A stretch of DNA of 64,000 nt from an uncultured Desulfobacteraceae bacterium (GCA_964478625.1 CAYZJH010000006.1:12543-76542), one strand, 5' to 3'; positions 47,243 to 57,229 are shown, numbered from the stretch's first letter. Numbers and translations: made by a program. The notes: generated from the letters alone by a model not told the origin.

Positions 47243-48154
47243 ATGCCGACCGCCGCCTGCGGAATCAACTGCGATGTGTGCAAATTAAAGGTCATGGGGA
47301 TCTGTTCCACTTGCGGGGATGGACTGAGCCACGAAGCCAGGTTAAAAATCGAAGCTCAAATCAGGTTGCTGGGGCAACCCTGCCCTATCCTGGCCTGTGC
47401 CGAAATGAATCACGTGGGATACTGCCTGAGAGATTGCCACCATTTTCCCTGTGACAATTTCAATATGGGATCTTATCCCTTTAGCCAAGGATTTTTGAGC
47501 ATGCAGCAACGAAGGCGACAACAAAAACCGCCGGCAAGAAATCCACAGGGAAACCCTTTTACCGTGCCGGAACAATTCTGGGATGAAATCTGTCGTAAAG
47601 ACCTGAAGGTCCTTTCGGGAATTTCTCTTTGCCGGCAAGATCCTGAAGGCGCTTTACTAATCCCTCATCTTGGAAAAAATTTTCTTTTGGATATCAACAA
47701 ACGCTGTATTTTTCAGTCAGATGACGGACAGGAGCGGGAAAAGACCGATTATCCGCTTTTGGAACTGATGATTCTGGTTTACCTGTTGAATGTGAAAGGC
47801 GATCCGGTTCAAAATCATATGATCAGTGTATCTGAACTCAGGGATGCCCATTTTTTTCAGGGACCTCACGCACTGAAAATCAATCCGCTTCTGGAACGGT
47901 TTGGAAACGACCTTCAGGGATTCAAAAACGCTGCTCAACGGCTGGCGGGCCAGAGCAAGGACCTGGCAGATATGGCTTTTAAGTTTTATCCCTTTCCCAA
48001 GATTCCCTTATACTACCTTTTGTGGGAAGGCGATGATGAATTCGGCCCTGATCTTAAAATTCTTTTTGATCGATCTATCGAAGCGCACCTTTCGGCCGAT
48101 GCCATTTGGGGCGTAGTCAACCTTGTTTCCGACGCTCTTTTAATGGCGGGCTGA
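47243..48154 (+). CDS. Cys-rich DUF3795-like N-terminus + DUF3786-like protein
   Basis: 303 aa; ACGINCDVCKL..GICSTCG...CPILACAEMNHVGYCLRDCHHFPCDNF. The C-terminal ~200 aa resembles DUF3786. Starts 4 nt after the rlmD stop. Confidence 0.6.
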   Translation: MPTAACGINCDVCKLKVMGICSTCGDGLSHEARLKIEAQIRLLGQPCPILACAEMNHVGYCLRDCHHFPCDNFNMGSYPFSQGFLSMQQRRRQQKPPARNPQGNPFTVPEQFWDEICRKDLKVLSGISLCRQDPEGALLIPHLGKNFLLDINKRCIFQSDDGQEREKTDYPLLELMILVYLLNVKGDPVQNHMISVSELRDAHFFQGPHALKINPLLERFGNDLQGFKNAAQRLAGQSKDLADMAFKFYPFPKIPLYYLLWEGDDEFGPDLKILFDRSIEAHLSADAIWGVVNLVSDALLMAG

Positions 48155-48625
48155 TTACCGTACCACCCAGATGGTACAGTTTTCAGCATGATTTACGATT
48201 TTACTGGATATGCTTCCGAATAAAAATTCCTCGCTTCGCGAAACCCCCTGTCGTCCGACCACGATGGTGTCAAAGAGGGTTTCATCACGCTCGGCAAGAA
48301 TGCACTCGGCCATGGAAGGACAATATCGCAGGGTGGATCTCACCGAGACGGAATCCTCCGGGAAACCCTTTTCGATCAGAATTTCCCTGTAGTTTGCCAG
48401 CATGGTGTCCACCTTTTCTTTAGTACGCGCCAGCCAGCTATCCTTTTCTTTCTGCTCTGAAAAATAATCTTCTTCAGGATCAGGGATCACATGCAACACG
48501 GTAACCTTGAACCCCGGAAGTCCACCCAGCAGTTGACCGACGTAGGATACCGCACGCCTGGCATTTTCCGATTCATCAACTGCAATCAGTATGTTTTTAT
48601 TGATTTTGAATTCAGCCTCAGCCAT
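48155..48625 (-). CDS. universal stress protein (UspA family)
   Basis: 156 aa; ILIAVDESE N-terminus and ATP-type motif VVGRQGVSRSEEFLFGSISSKIV. Confidence 0.88.
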   Translation of the reverse strand: MAEAEFKINKNILIAVDESENARRAVSYVGQLLGGLPGFKVTVLHVIPDPEEDYFSEQKEKDSWLARTKEKVDTMLANYREILIEKGFPEDSVSVRSTLRYCPSMAECILAERDETLFDTIVVGRQGVSRSEEFLFGSISSKIVNHAENCTIWVVR

Positions 48626-48655
48626 GCCTTTTCCCCTATGGTTTCGGATAAAATT

Positions 48656-49630
48656 CTAGATGTCTCTTTGGGCATCCTGCAAATCTTCAAGCAATTGCGA
48701 TGTATGCTCGTAGTACCAGTTGGCACCCAGTGAAAAGTGCAACATAACCCGATTGAGTCGTTCTGGAATGTACGGGTAAACTTTTCGCAGGTTAGCCAAA
48801 CGGTTTCTGAAAACAATATTGACATCCCCTTCAATGAGCTTGTCCACCACGTCGGGTCGTTGGCGTTTCAGGTCCTGCAGAAGAACATCGCCTTTGCCCG
48901 CCAAAAACATCAGGATGTTTCCTAACCCGAAAAGATCGTACCCGTAAATATTTTCTCTATGGCGGTAATTATAGTCGAAATCAATCCATCGATATTTTTT
49001 GCTTTCCCTGTCCACAAAAATATGATCACGACGGATATCCCCGTGCTTTTCGCCATGATCGTGGAGAAATCGGATTGCATCAATGCATTCAATAAAATTT
49101 TTTAAGATCTCAGGAAAATGTTCGAAAAAATATCGGCGATGATCCACGTTAAAATTTTCGACTACCTGAGATAAAGGACGTCCATGAATGAAATCCAGTA
49201 TGCGGATGAGGTTGTCCTTTTCATCCTTCACACTGAAACCATGCATAAAATTCGGGTGGTCTTTTACCAGATCCAGAATTCTGGCTTCTTTTTTGGGGCT
49301 GCGAAAACATTCAAACTCGATATGACCAATAGTGGTCATAAATTTTTCATAAAATACCAGCTTGATCACCTTGAATTTTTCGGTTTCAAGATCAATGGAA
49401 CGTTTGACCCATTGCTTGACTTCATCATCCAGGCCAAAACGCCCTTCTTTTGCGTTGTTCCGGATCAGGTAGGCTTTTTCTCCCAACTGAACGACATCGT
49501 TGTACTGAACCTTGAAAAAATCGGTCGTATCGGTAACAATCTTAACCGGCTTTTTACCGTCATGGTTCGGAATCCAACGGGAAACCCGCTCTAGTATCTT
49601 TTCTCTGTCAAAATAAAGGGTCGTGTTCAT
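48656..49630 (-). CDS. atypical protein-kinase-like fold protein (RIO/LPS-kinase-like)
   Basis: Start taken at ATG 49630. Catalytic-loop-like HGDIRRDHIFVD and WIDFDYNY (a DFD in place of DFG). No obvious Gly-rich loop. Confidence 0.6.
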   Translation of the reverse strand: MNTTLYFDREKILERVSRWIPNHDGKKPVKIVTDTTDFFKVQYNDVVQLGEKAYLIRNNAKEGRFGLDDEVKQWVKRSIDLETEKFKVIKLVFYEKFMTTIGHIEFECFRSPKKEARILDLVKDHPNFMHGFSVKDEKDNLIRILDFIHGRPLSQVVENFNVDHRRYFFEHFPEILKNFIECIDAIRFLHDHGEKHGDIRRDHIFVDRESKKYRWIDFDYNYRHRENIYGYDLFGLGNILMFLAGKGDVLLQDLKRQRPDVVDKLIEGDVNIVFRNRLANLRKVYPYIPERLNRVMLHFSLGANWYYEHTSQLLEDLQDAQRDI

Positions 49631-49673
49631 GAGGGAAACTATGGCAATAAATCGGTTATGTGTCAATATGGAT

Positions 49674-51158
49674 CTAATTTTTGGGAAGTAAAAAGCAATA
49701 TCCGAAACATAGGATTGAAACAGCAAAAATAATCCAGAAAACAAGAGAAAGACTTGATAATGCCGTTATCCTCAGCACCTCCAGCGTGTCATCGGAAAAT
49801 TTTGAAAGCATTTCCGGATTCAATATATTTTCAATCTGCTGATGGGCATTTCCACGTGTCATGATTTCCGACAGATGATCAGAGGAGAGTTTATCCAGTT
49901 CCATGGACAATCGAGCCGTGAAAAGTCCTCCGCAAATGCCTATTCCCAAGGTGCCGCCCAGGGTTCTTGCAAACTGATGCGATGATGTTGCAACTCCGAT
50001 ATCCTCGGATTTCAGGCTGTTTTGAACGACCAGAAGGGTTGCCAGTGTTACAAAACCCATTCCCAGACCGGCAAGAAGAAACGTCCCGAAACAAATCACC
50101 ATGGTCGTTTCCATGGTAAACAACAGGGTGATTCCGGTACCTGCCGCCAGAAAAGCAGCACCAGCCATTGCTGAAGCTTTTTTTTCCATGCGATGGATAA
50201 ATTGTCCAAGCATCATTGAACCCACCGACCATCCAAGACTCAGTGACAACATGGCCATTCCGACTTCCATGGGTGTTTTGAGCAAAACGCCCTGGATAAA
50301 TAACGGAGCATAGGCAAATAACGAGAAAATAACAAAACTGCTGAAAAATACCGCGAGGTTTCCGTTGCGAAATCCTTTAAACCGAAAAAAATCCAAAGAC
50401 AGAATCGGTTCGGGGGCACGTTTTTCAGCCCAATAAAATCCGATTGAAAATACAAGGGTGATCAGGCAAAGTCCCAGGATTTCATAAGAAATCCATGAAT
50501 ATCTCCGGCCTCCTACCAAAAAAATTGTCAGAAGGCTTAGAATTGATACAGATAGAGTGATAACCCCTGCAAAGTCCAAATAGACCTTTTTTTTCTTTTC
50601 CCGGATTTCAATGAGATAAAAATACACCCCGCCAAGGGAAAGAATTCCGAGAGGGATATTCATAAAAAAAATCCATCTCCAGGAAAAATAAGTCACAATC
50701 AGACCGCCCAACGTGGGACCCAATAAGCTGGCGATCCCCCATATAAAACTTGCAAAACCCAGAGTTTTTCCACGCTGGTCAGGTGAGGAAACATCGGTCA
50801 GAAGGACATAGACCAGTGCAAAATTACCGCCGGCGCCGATCCCTTGGATGACTCTCGCAAAAATCAAAAACCCCATACTGGTCGATGAACCGGCCAGGAT
50901 CGACGCAACGAGAAATATGGTCGTGGAAATCATGAAAAGAGATTTGGTTTTAAACAGGTCGGAGAGTTTTCCGAAAATCGGCAGAGCCACCGTACGAGAT
51001 AACAATGCGGCAGAATAGACCCAGCTGTAAAGGGTTAATCCGCCAAGATCTGCAACGATGGTCGGCATGGCAGCAGCCATGATCAGAGCATCCAGTGCAC
51101 TCAGGAATAACACCAGCAATGCCGCCGCGATTACCGGAAAGCGTTTGAAATTTTCCAC
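49674..51158 (-). CDS. MFS transporter, 14-TM DHA2 (EmrB/QacA)-like
   Basis: 494 aa; about 14 hydrophobic segments; MFS motif-A-like region FGKLSDLFKTK. Confidence 0.85.
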   Translation of the reverse strand: MENFKRFPVIAAALLVLFLSALDALIMAAAMPTIVADLGGLTLYSWVYSAALLSRTVALPIFGKLSDLFKTKSLFMISTTIFLVASILAGSSTSMGFLIFARVIQGIGAGGNFALVYVLLTDVSSPDQRGKTLGFASFIWGIASLLGPTLGGLIVTYFSWRWIFFMNIPLGILSLGGVYFYLIEIREKKKKVYLDFAGVITLSVSILSLLTIFLVGGRRYSWISYEILGLCLITLVFSIGFYWAEKRAPEPILSLDFFRFKGFRNGNLAVFFSSFVIFSLFAYAPLFIQGVLLKTPMEVGMAMLSLSLGWSVGSMMLGQFIHRMEKKASAMAGAAFLAAGTGITLLFTMETTMVICFGTFLLAGLGMGFVTLATLLVVQNSLKSEDIGVATSSHQFARTLGGTLGIGICGGLFTARLSMELDKLSSDHLSEIMTRGNAHQQIENILNPEMLSKFSDDTLEVLRITALSSLSLVFWIIFAVSILCFGYCFLLPKN

Positions 51159-51293
51159 TGTTTCCTCTTCTGGTTTTCATGATTGACATCAATTTGTCGT
51201 TTTATATATTGATGGATCAGTTATCTTATAACAATCAAGCAGAAAGAACAGGATGAAAAATTTAAATATTAACCCAAAATTCATGAGGTTCAT

Positions 51294-51710
51294 ATGAAAA
51301 GCTACAGAAAAGAACTTTGGTTTGAAGTACCTACCAGGAGGGCATTTATCAATATTACACCCCAAGTGGAGAAATGCCTGATTGAAAGCGGAATTCAGGA
51401 GGGACTGATTCTGGTCAATGCCATGCACATTACCGCATCCGTTTTTATCAATGATGATGAATCGGGTCTTCACCACGATTATGAAGTATGGCTGGAAAAA
51501 CTGGCTCCTCATGCTCCTGTGGATCAGTATCGCCACAATGTCGGTGAGGACAACGCAGATGCCCATATGAAAAGACAGATCATGGGCCGGGAAGTCGTGG
51601 TGGCTGTTACAAACGGAAAGCTCGATTTCGGCACCTGGGAACGAATTTTCTACGGAGAATTTGACGGGCGCCGCCGAAAGAGGGTTCTGGTCAAAATTAT
51701 CGGGGAGTAA
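51294..51710 (+). CDS. yjbQ: YjbQ/UPF0047 family (secondary thiamine-phosphate synthase) protein
   Basis: 138 aa; pattern FINITPQVE...[31 protein letters not shown]...[19 protein letters not shown]. Confidence 0.85.
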   Translation: MKSYRKELWFEVPTRRAFINITPQVEKCLIESGIQEGLILVNAMHITASVFINDDESGLHHDYEVWLEKLAPHAPVDQYRHNVGEDNADAHMKRQIMGREVVVAVTNGKLDFGTWERIFYGEFDGRRRKRVLVKIIGE

Positions 51711-51800
51711 AGGTTTTGCAATATAATCTCAGGCAACTAATGAATTTTTCATCCGAGGCAAAAGTGCGTCTTTCCTTTTGGAACCTCTTTCCATAAGATT

Positions 51801-52982
51801 CTAATACGCCTTTTTCAAAATTGCTAACGCATCGTCATAATCAAGCTCTTCCGGATTGAATATGAGAGATCCGTCGTTAATGGCATGCCTGGCGATAGGT
51901 TCCAGCACCGTTTGGGAAACCCCGGCTTCCTTGAGTGACCTTGGAAGTCCGCAAATATCATAAAGGTTTTGCTGCAATCTTCTGATTAACGCTATGGTCT
52001 TTTCAGCCCGATTGTTTTTGGCTGTTTGGACGAATTCTTCCTGACCTCCCAAGGGAAGGAGCAATTCACCGACAAAAGGTCTTGTTTTGTTTAGATTATA
52101 TTCAAGGCCAAAAGGAAGAAAAATTGACATGACCATACCATGGTGCAGATTGCACAATGCCCCGACCGCATGCCCGAGTGAATGCACCATCCCTACCATT
52201 GAATTTGAAAAAGCAATGCCGGCCATAGTGGATGCATTGGCCATGGCCATACGAGCTTCAATATTTTTACCATCGGTTACAGCTTTGATCAGATGGTTGC
52301 CAATCAATTGAACAGCGGCAAAAGCATAGGCATCGCTGACAGGATTTTTCTGGAGACAGGTGTAAGCCTCCATCGCATGGGTGAGAGCATCCATGCCGGT
52401 GGCGGCGGTAATAAAGGGTGGCATGGTTTGTGTCATTCTGGGATCTAAAATCGCTAGCCTGGGAAACAAAAGATGAGAAGCAAAACTCATTTTAACCTTT
52501 TTTTCCTCATCTTTGATTACCGCCACAAAAGTGACTTCAGATCCGGTTCCTGCTGTTGTTGGGACAACAATCAAAGGTTTTACCTCTGCTTTCAACCGAT
52601 CGGCACCTTCATATTTTTTTAAATCATCCGAATTTTCAGATAATATGATGTTGGCAGCTTTGGCCGTATCGATGGGAGAGCCTCCACCAACGGCCACAAG
52701 TGAATCACATCGGTTTTGTCTAAAGACTTCGGCGACCCGGCGAACCACCTCAACGGACGAATCAGAAGGCACATCATCGAAAATGGCACCGATCATTATG
52801 TCTGAACTGTCAAAAGCTTTTTTCACATGGACTATAAGGCCGGAGTTGACCACTCCGGAATCGGTAATGATCAGGGGGCGCCGAACACCCATTTGGTCAA
52901 GCTCAAAAGGAAGGTTTTCCAGGGCCTTGTTTCCGGAAATAATTTTAACCGGACTGAAAAATTCATAATAAGCGGGCAGCAT
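51801..52982 (-). CDS. iron-containing (group III) alcohol dehydrogenase
   Basis: 393 aa; VAVGGGSPIDTAKA NAD-binding motif and His-rich metal site (HAMEAY, HSLGHAVG, HHG). Confidence 0.9.
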   Translation of the reverse strand: MLPAYYEFFSPVKIISGNKALENLPFELDQMGVRRPLIITDSGVVNSGLIVHVKKAFDSSDIMIGAIFDDVPSDSSVEVVRRVAEVFRQNRCDSLVAVGGGSPIDTAKAANIILSENSDDLKKYEGADRLKAEVKPLIVVPTTAGTGSEVTFVAVIKDEEKKVKMSFASHLLFPRLAILDPRMTQTMPPFITAATGMDALTHAMEAYTCLQKNPVSDAYAFAAVQLIGNHLIKAVTDGKNIEARMAMANASTMAGIAFSNSMVGMVHSLGHAVGALCNLHHGMVMSIFLPFGLEYNLNKTRPFVGELLLPLGGQEEFVQTAKNNRAEKTIALIRRLQQNLYDICGLPRSLKEAGVSQTVLEPIARHAINDGSLIFNPEELDYDDALAILKKAY

Positions 52983-53145
52983 CGCTTGCTCCTTATTAAA
53001 AGCAACATATGTCTAAAGTGAGTGATTTCATATGGAAGAGTCTATTGTCGTCATTCTTGCGAATACTTCCTGGTTAAATCGATCCGTTTGGGATAAATTC
53101 ACGTGCTGTTGTTCAGAGAACAAATTGGAGTCTTCCGCCAACAAA

Positions 53146-53175
53146 CCCGGCAAAAAACTCTGCTTTTTTGCCGGG
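53146..53175. terminator. bidirectional rho-independent terminator
   Basis: cccggcaaaaaa (53146-53157) and ttttttgccggg (53164-53175) around loop ctctgc, about 60 nt downstream of the minus-strand gene ending at 53236. Confidence 0.7.
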
Positions 53176-53235
53176 TTTGATCTTAGTCATGGTAGATAAA
53201 ACTGTTTATTCCATAACATGATTGCTATAAAGCCC

Positions 53236-53841
53236 TTAAAATCCGAAAGGAATGCCTGCCGCATAAATAATGATCCGGGTAAGCTGTTTTTCCAGCGGCA
53301 TTGCCGGTACCCGTTTCAGCAACTGCTTGCTTATGGATTTCGGATAAAGGTATGCGATCATTATATTTAAACACCGTGTAAAAATCATGGCATCGGCCAA
53401 GTTGCCGGTGACCGTCATTCGCCTTTGGGCAAATGCCTGAGCAGGTCCGATTTGCGGGGTCAGCACCATGAAAGCACATTCAATGTTTTTAAAATGGATT
53501 ACCAGATTGCTTTTGACGGCAATATTTCTCTTATACGTTAGTTGGTAGCCGGTTTTTTCAAGAACCATTCGGGGACCTTGGGGTAACACATTCATCATGA
53601 TCGTGAAGCTTTCCGGCCAGACGGCAATTTCCTTTTGAATTTCAGGATCATGCCGGGACCCCGATTGAAAAGCCCTTCCCAATACGATAAATATAATTTT
53701 TACCACCAGTTCTTTAAACCATTTTTTTCCGGGTGTTATGGACGGATATTTTTTCCCACACGAAATAGAGTTAAACTTCAGGCGGTCGGCAGTATTTATC
53801 AGCAGTTTTTTTAATCTCTCAACTATCATAGGCAATTGCAC
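53236..53841 (-). CDS. hypothetical protein (possibly SCP2-like lipid-binding C-terminus)
   Basis: 201 aa. Only weak resemblance of GPAQAFAQRRMTVTGNLADAMIFTRCLN to SCP2-type helices. The coding call rests on ORF length and the downstream terminator. Confidence 0.45.
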   Translation of the reverse strand: MQLPMIVERLKKLLINTADRLKFNSISCGKKYPSITPGKKWFKELVVKIIFIVLGRAFQSGSRHDPEIQKEIAVWPESFTIMMNVLPQGPRMVLEKTGYQLTYKRNIAVKSNLVIHFKNIECAFMVLTPQIGPAQAFAQRRMTVTGNLADAMIFTRCLNIMIAYLYPKSISKQLLKRVPAMPLEKQLTRIIIYAAGIPFGF

Positions 53842-53898
53842 GACTTATAGGGTTCCGACAAAAGTATCCTGTTGAATTTTTATCAATTTTTTATTTAA

Positions 53899-54453
53899 AT
53901 GGAAACTGATATTTATGGGACCCCAAAAGGGAAATCGTGTCTGATGCAGATAATTAAATTAAGTCATGAGTTAAAAAATACCAAGGGCACATATATTATC
54001 TTTACTTGCCTGAAAACTGAAAAATATATCCGGATTGGAAAACTTGGGACTTTTTGCTTTTATCCGGGGTATTATGGTTACGTGGGAAGCGCATTCGGTC
54101 CGGGAGGGATTTCATCCCGTGTCGGACACCATCTTCATACAGCATCCGAGCCTCACTGGCATATGGACTATTTTCGCAAAGAAATCTTGATCGAGGAGAT
54201 ATGGATCTGCAACGATGAAAAGCCCCTTGAGCATGTTTTTGCAGATCTTTTTCTCCGGATGGTTGGTACATCCATACCGGTCAAGGGATTCGGGAGTTCC
54301 GATTGCCGATGTGTTTCCCATCTTTTTTATTTTCAGAGGGTTCCGGATGCAATTGAGTTTGAAAAGAAACTTGGCCAAGAAGGTATCATGTGTCGGGTGT
54401 CGGTTTTAAGTTTGTGGAATGAAAGCACAGAGGTTTTTCAGGATTCCGGCTGA
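53899..54453 (+). CDS. DUF123 / GIY-YIG-superfamily (Uri-like) protein
   Basis: 184 aa; GTYIIF...IRIGKLGTFCFYPGYYGYVGSAFGPGGISSRVGHHL...PHWHMDYF matches the DUF123 pattern as I recall it. Confidence 0.7.
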   Translation: METDIYGTPKGKSCLMQIIKLSHELKNTKGTYIIFTCLKTEKYIRIGKLGTFCFYPGYYGYVGSAFGPGGISSRVGHHLHTASEPHWHMDYFRKEILIEEIWICNDEKPLEHVFADLFLRMVGTSIPVKGFGSSDCRCVSHLFYFQRVPDAIEFEKKLGQEGIMCRVSVLSLWNESTEVFQDSG

Positions 54454-54510
54454 AAGCAAAACACATGAACAATGGAACCCAATACATGTTAATATCGGTT
54501 TTCCTGGAAT

Positions 54511-54690
54511 CTTAACAGTACAAAGTTCTCCGTCATGCCGGACTTGATCCGACATCCAGAAAAACCAGCTTCCTTAATTCACCTGGATAGCGCTGCGCTT
54601 CACTTTGTGCCCGGCCTTCGCCGGAATGACGATACAATAAATTTGATATTATTGAATTCCAGGTACTTATAAAAACTTAAGACTGTCAAG
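54511..54690 (+). mobile_element. 180-bp MITE, near-twin of 7704..7883, with a 7-bp target-site duplication
   Basis: TIRs CTTAACAGTACAAAGTTCTC and AAAAACTTAAGACTGTCAAG. Hairpin module at 54535-54555. Flanked by CTGGAAT at 54504-54510 and 54691-54697. Lies 40 bp upstream of the tryptophanase-family gene. Confidence 0.9.
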
Positions 54691-54729
54691 CTGGAATAAT
54701 GGTTTATACATATACAAGCAGGAGTTGAA

Positions 54730-56103
54730 ATGAAAACAATCATCGAACCGTTCCGGATTAAAATGACCGAACCTGTCCGGTTTACCACCCGTGAACAGCG
54801 ATTGGATAAACTTGAAAAAGCCCATTACAATGTTTTTTATCTGGATGCTGAAGATTGCATGATTGATCTTCTAACCGACAGCGGAACCGGTGCGATGTCT
54901 TCCAATCAATGGGCTGCGCTCATGCTGGCCGATGAGAGTTATGCCGGAAGCCGTTCATGGAAAAAATTTGAACATACCGTCAAAAATATCACCGGTTTTA
55001 AACATATTTTTCCGACCCATCAGGGAAGAGCCGCCGAAGGAATCCTAGCACAAGCATTATTGAAAAAAGGAGACGTGGTTCCCAACAACAGCCACTTTGA
55101 TACCACACGGGCCAACATCGAATTTGTGGGGGCCAATGCAGTGGATTTGCTGTGTCAGGAATGCTACCGGACCCAGGAAAGAATCCCTTTCAAGGGGAAC
55201 ATGGATCTTAAAAAGCTTCAGAAATGTATCAAAGATCATGGACCCGCCAGAATTCCGTTCGCAATGATCACCATTACCAACAATACCGGAGGAGGTCAGC
55301 CCGTATCCCTCGAAAATTTAGAGGCGGTCAAGGAAATTCTCAATAAACATAACATCCCGCTAATCATTGATGCTTGCCGCTTTGCCGAGAACGCATTTTT
55401 CATTCGTGAAAGAGAGCCATCCTACGAAAATATGCCGCTGATCGATATTGCCGGGAAAATATTTTCCTTTGCCGATGGTGCCACCATGAGCTGTAAAAAA
55501 GACGGGCTTGCCAATATCGGAGGATTTCTTGCGTGCAATGACGACCAGTGGGCCGAAAAGTTCAGAAATTTGCTTATTCTTCGGGAAGGATTCCCTACTT
55601 ATGGAGGATTGGCCGGAAGAGACCTGGAAGCTATCGCCGTGGGCTTGATGGAAGCCCTGGAATATGAATATCAGGTATATCGCCATGCCACAGTCCGTTA
55701 TATGGGTAGAAAATTAGAATCTCTTCAAATACCTTTTGTCAAGCCTGTGGGCGGACATGCCGTCTTTTTGGATGCCAGGGCATTTTTACCTCACATTCCC
55801 ATAGAGCATTATCCTGGTATAGGCCTGGTCAATGCCTTGTATATTGAAGGCGGTATCCGCAGCGTTGAGCTTGGTAGTGTCATGTTTGGCAAAAAGAATC
55901 CAAATGGCAAAGAAATACCATCTCCTCTGGAATTGGTAAGACTGGCCTTTCCCCGGCGTGTTTATACCCAGAGCCATTTTGATTATGTGGTGGAAACTTT
56001 GGAAGCGGTTTGGGATAAAAGAGAAAAAATCCCGGGCTACCAGATTACCTACCAGCCGGAATTTTTAAGGCATTTTACCTGCCATTTTCAGCCTCTATCA
56101 TAA
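54730..56103 (+). CDS. beta-eliminating lyase: tryptophanase / tyrosine phenol-lyase family
   Basis: 457 aa; EPFRIKMTEP...IDLLTDSGTGAMS, PTHQGRAAE, PLP-lysine region SCKKDGLANIGG, FPTYGGLAGRD. I cannot distinguish Trp from Tyr specificity by eye. Confidence 0.9.
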   Translation: MKTIIEPFRIKMTEPVRFTTREQRLDKLEKAHYNVFYLDAEDCMIDLLTDSGTGAMSSNQWAALMLADESYAGSRSWKKFEHTVKNITGFKHIFPTHQGRAAEGILAQALLKKGDVVPNNSHFDTTRANIEFVGANAVDLLCQECYRTQERIPFKGNMDLKKLQKCIKDHGPARIPFAMITITNNTGGGQPVSLENLEAVKEILNKHNIPLIIDACRFAENAFFIREREPSYENMPLIDIAGKIFSFADGATMSCKKDGLANIGGFLACNDDQWAEKFRNLLILREGFPTYGGLAGRDLEAIAVGLMEALEYEYQVYRHATVRYMGRKLESLQIPFVKPVGGHAVFLDARAFLPHIPIEHYPGIGLVNALYIEGGIRSVELGSVMFGKKNPNGKEIPSPLELVRLAFPRRVYTQSHFDYVVETLEAVWDKREKIPGYQITYQPEFLRHFTCHFQPLS

Positions 56104-56228
56104 ATTGATGTCACAGCATCCCAAATTAACAACAAACAAAAAAAAATGAAAAACACAGCGCAATTTTTAAAAATCTCTGATATAGTTGAAAAACAATTTT
56201 TGATCGAATCCATAACAGGAGAGCTGGT

Positions 56229-56930
56229 ATGTGCGCCTATCAGGTTGAGTATGTTTTCACTTATCCAGATGGTAAAAAAGAAAAATTCCATTATTGTTTT
56301 AATGATAATCCTTTTGAACTGATCCAAAAGCCCATAGACAATCCACCTGAATGGATAAAGCTGGAATTTCATCAGTGCACCAACTGCAGTCTCAGCCCGG
56401 ATGAAACCCCGTATTGTCCTCAGGCTGCCAATCTTTTACCCTTGATCGAAAAATTTGGTGATGTGGTGTCCTATGAACCCGTGCATCTTGAAGTCATAAC
56501 AAATCACAGAACAATTATTCAGGATACCACTGTGGCACGGGGGGTGAGTTCCCTGATGGGATTACTGATCGCAACTTGCGGATGTCCGGCCACCCGGTTT
56601 TTTATTCCCATGGGCCGGTTTCACCTTCCTTTGGCAAGCCATGAAGAAACAATGTTTCGGGCAGCAGCCACCTTCCTTTTAAACCAGTACTTCCTGAAAA
56701 AAGACGGCCATCCGGCAGGTGTCGAACTGGACGGCCTTCTGAAAGTATACAAAGAGATACAGGCGGTCAACAACGCCATACTGAAGCGACTCAGAACGGC
56801 TGTCCAGACGGACTCCGCCGTCAATGCCCTGATATTGTTGGATGTATACGCGAAATTTGCCCTCATTGACATTGATGACTGTTTAGATGAAATCCGCTAC
56901 TTGTTTCAGCCATTCCTGGATAGTATTTAA
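56229..56930 (+). CDS. hypothetical Cys-containing protein
   Basis: 233 aa; HQCTNCS, PYCPQA and ATCGCPATRF cysteine motifs; no family recognised; 125 bp downstream of the lyase gene on the same strand. Confidence 0.55.
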   Translation: MCAYQVEYVFTYPDGKKEKFHYCFNDNPFELIQKPIDNPPEWIKLEFHQCTNCSLSPDETPYCPQAANLLPLIEKFGDVVSYEPVHLEVITNHRTIIQDTTVARGVSSLMGLLIATCGCPATRFFIPMGRFHLPLASHEETMFRAAATFLLNQYFLKKDGHPAGVELDGLLKVYKEIQAVNNAILKRLRTAVQTDSAVNALILLDVYAKFALIDIDDCLDEIRYLFQPFLDSI

Positions 56931-56992
56931 TATGCAAGCCCAATCGAATTCAGATACCCAAAGCTTTCATCTCAAATAAGGGATTACCCTGA

Positions 56993-57022
56993 TTGACAGA
57001 TTCTCTCACTTTGCCCTATAAA
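56993..57022 (+). promoter_or_regulatory. sigma70-type promoter candidate
   Basis: TTGACA (56993-56998), 18-nt spacer, TATAAA (57017-57022). This would give a ~200-nt leader before the PilZ gene. Confidence 0.45.
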
Positions 57023-57229
57023 ATATGATCGTAGGTATTTTTTTATAATGGTTCAAAGAAAATCCCCGCATACCTTTTCCGGAAAGGAAGTTATATGGAA
57101 GTGACAGATCCTAGCAGCAGATGATCTGCCAATTCTCCGTATTTTCCCTGCCGGTAAATGAGTTTCGTTAACGCCGCTAATTTCGGAAAAATCACCTCCG
57201 GTTAGTTTTGATGGTCGAAGGAGGAAAAA

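Noticed and set aside
57023-57229. c-di-GMP (GEMM) riboswitch in the PilZ gene leader
   Set aside because: No match by eye to the GEMM-I conserved core (GCAAA...GGACGCAAAGC-type). Kept only as an unexplained long leader.
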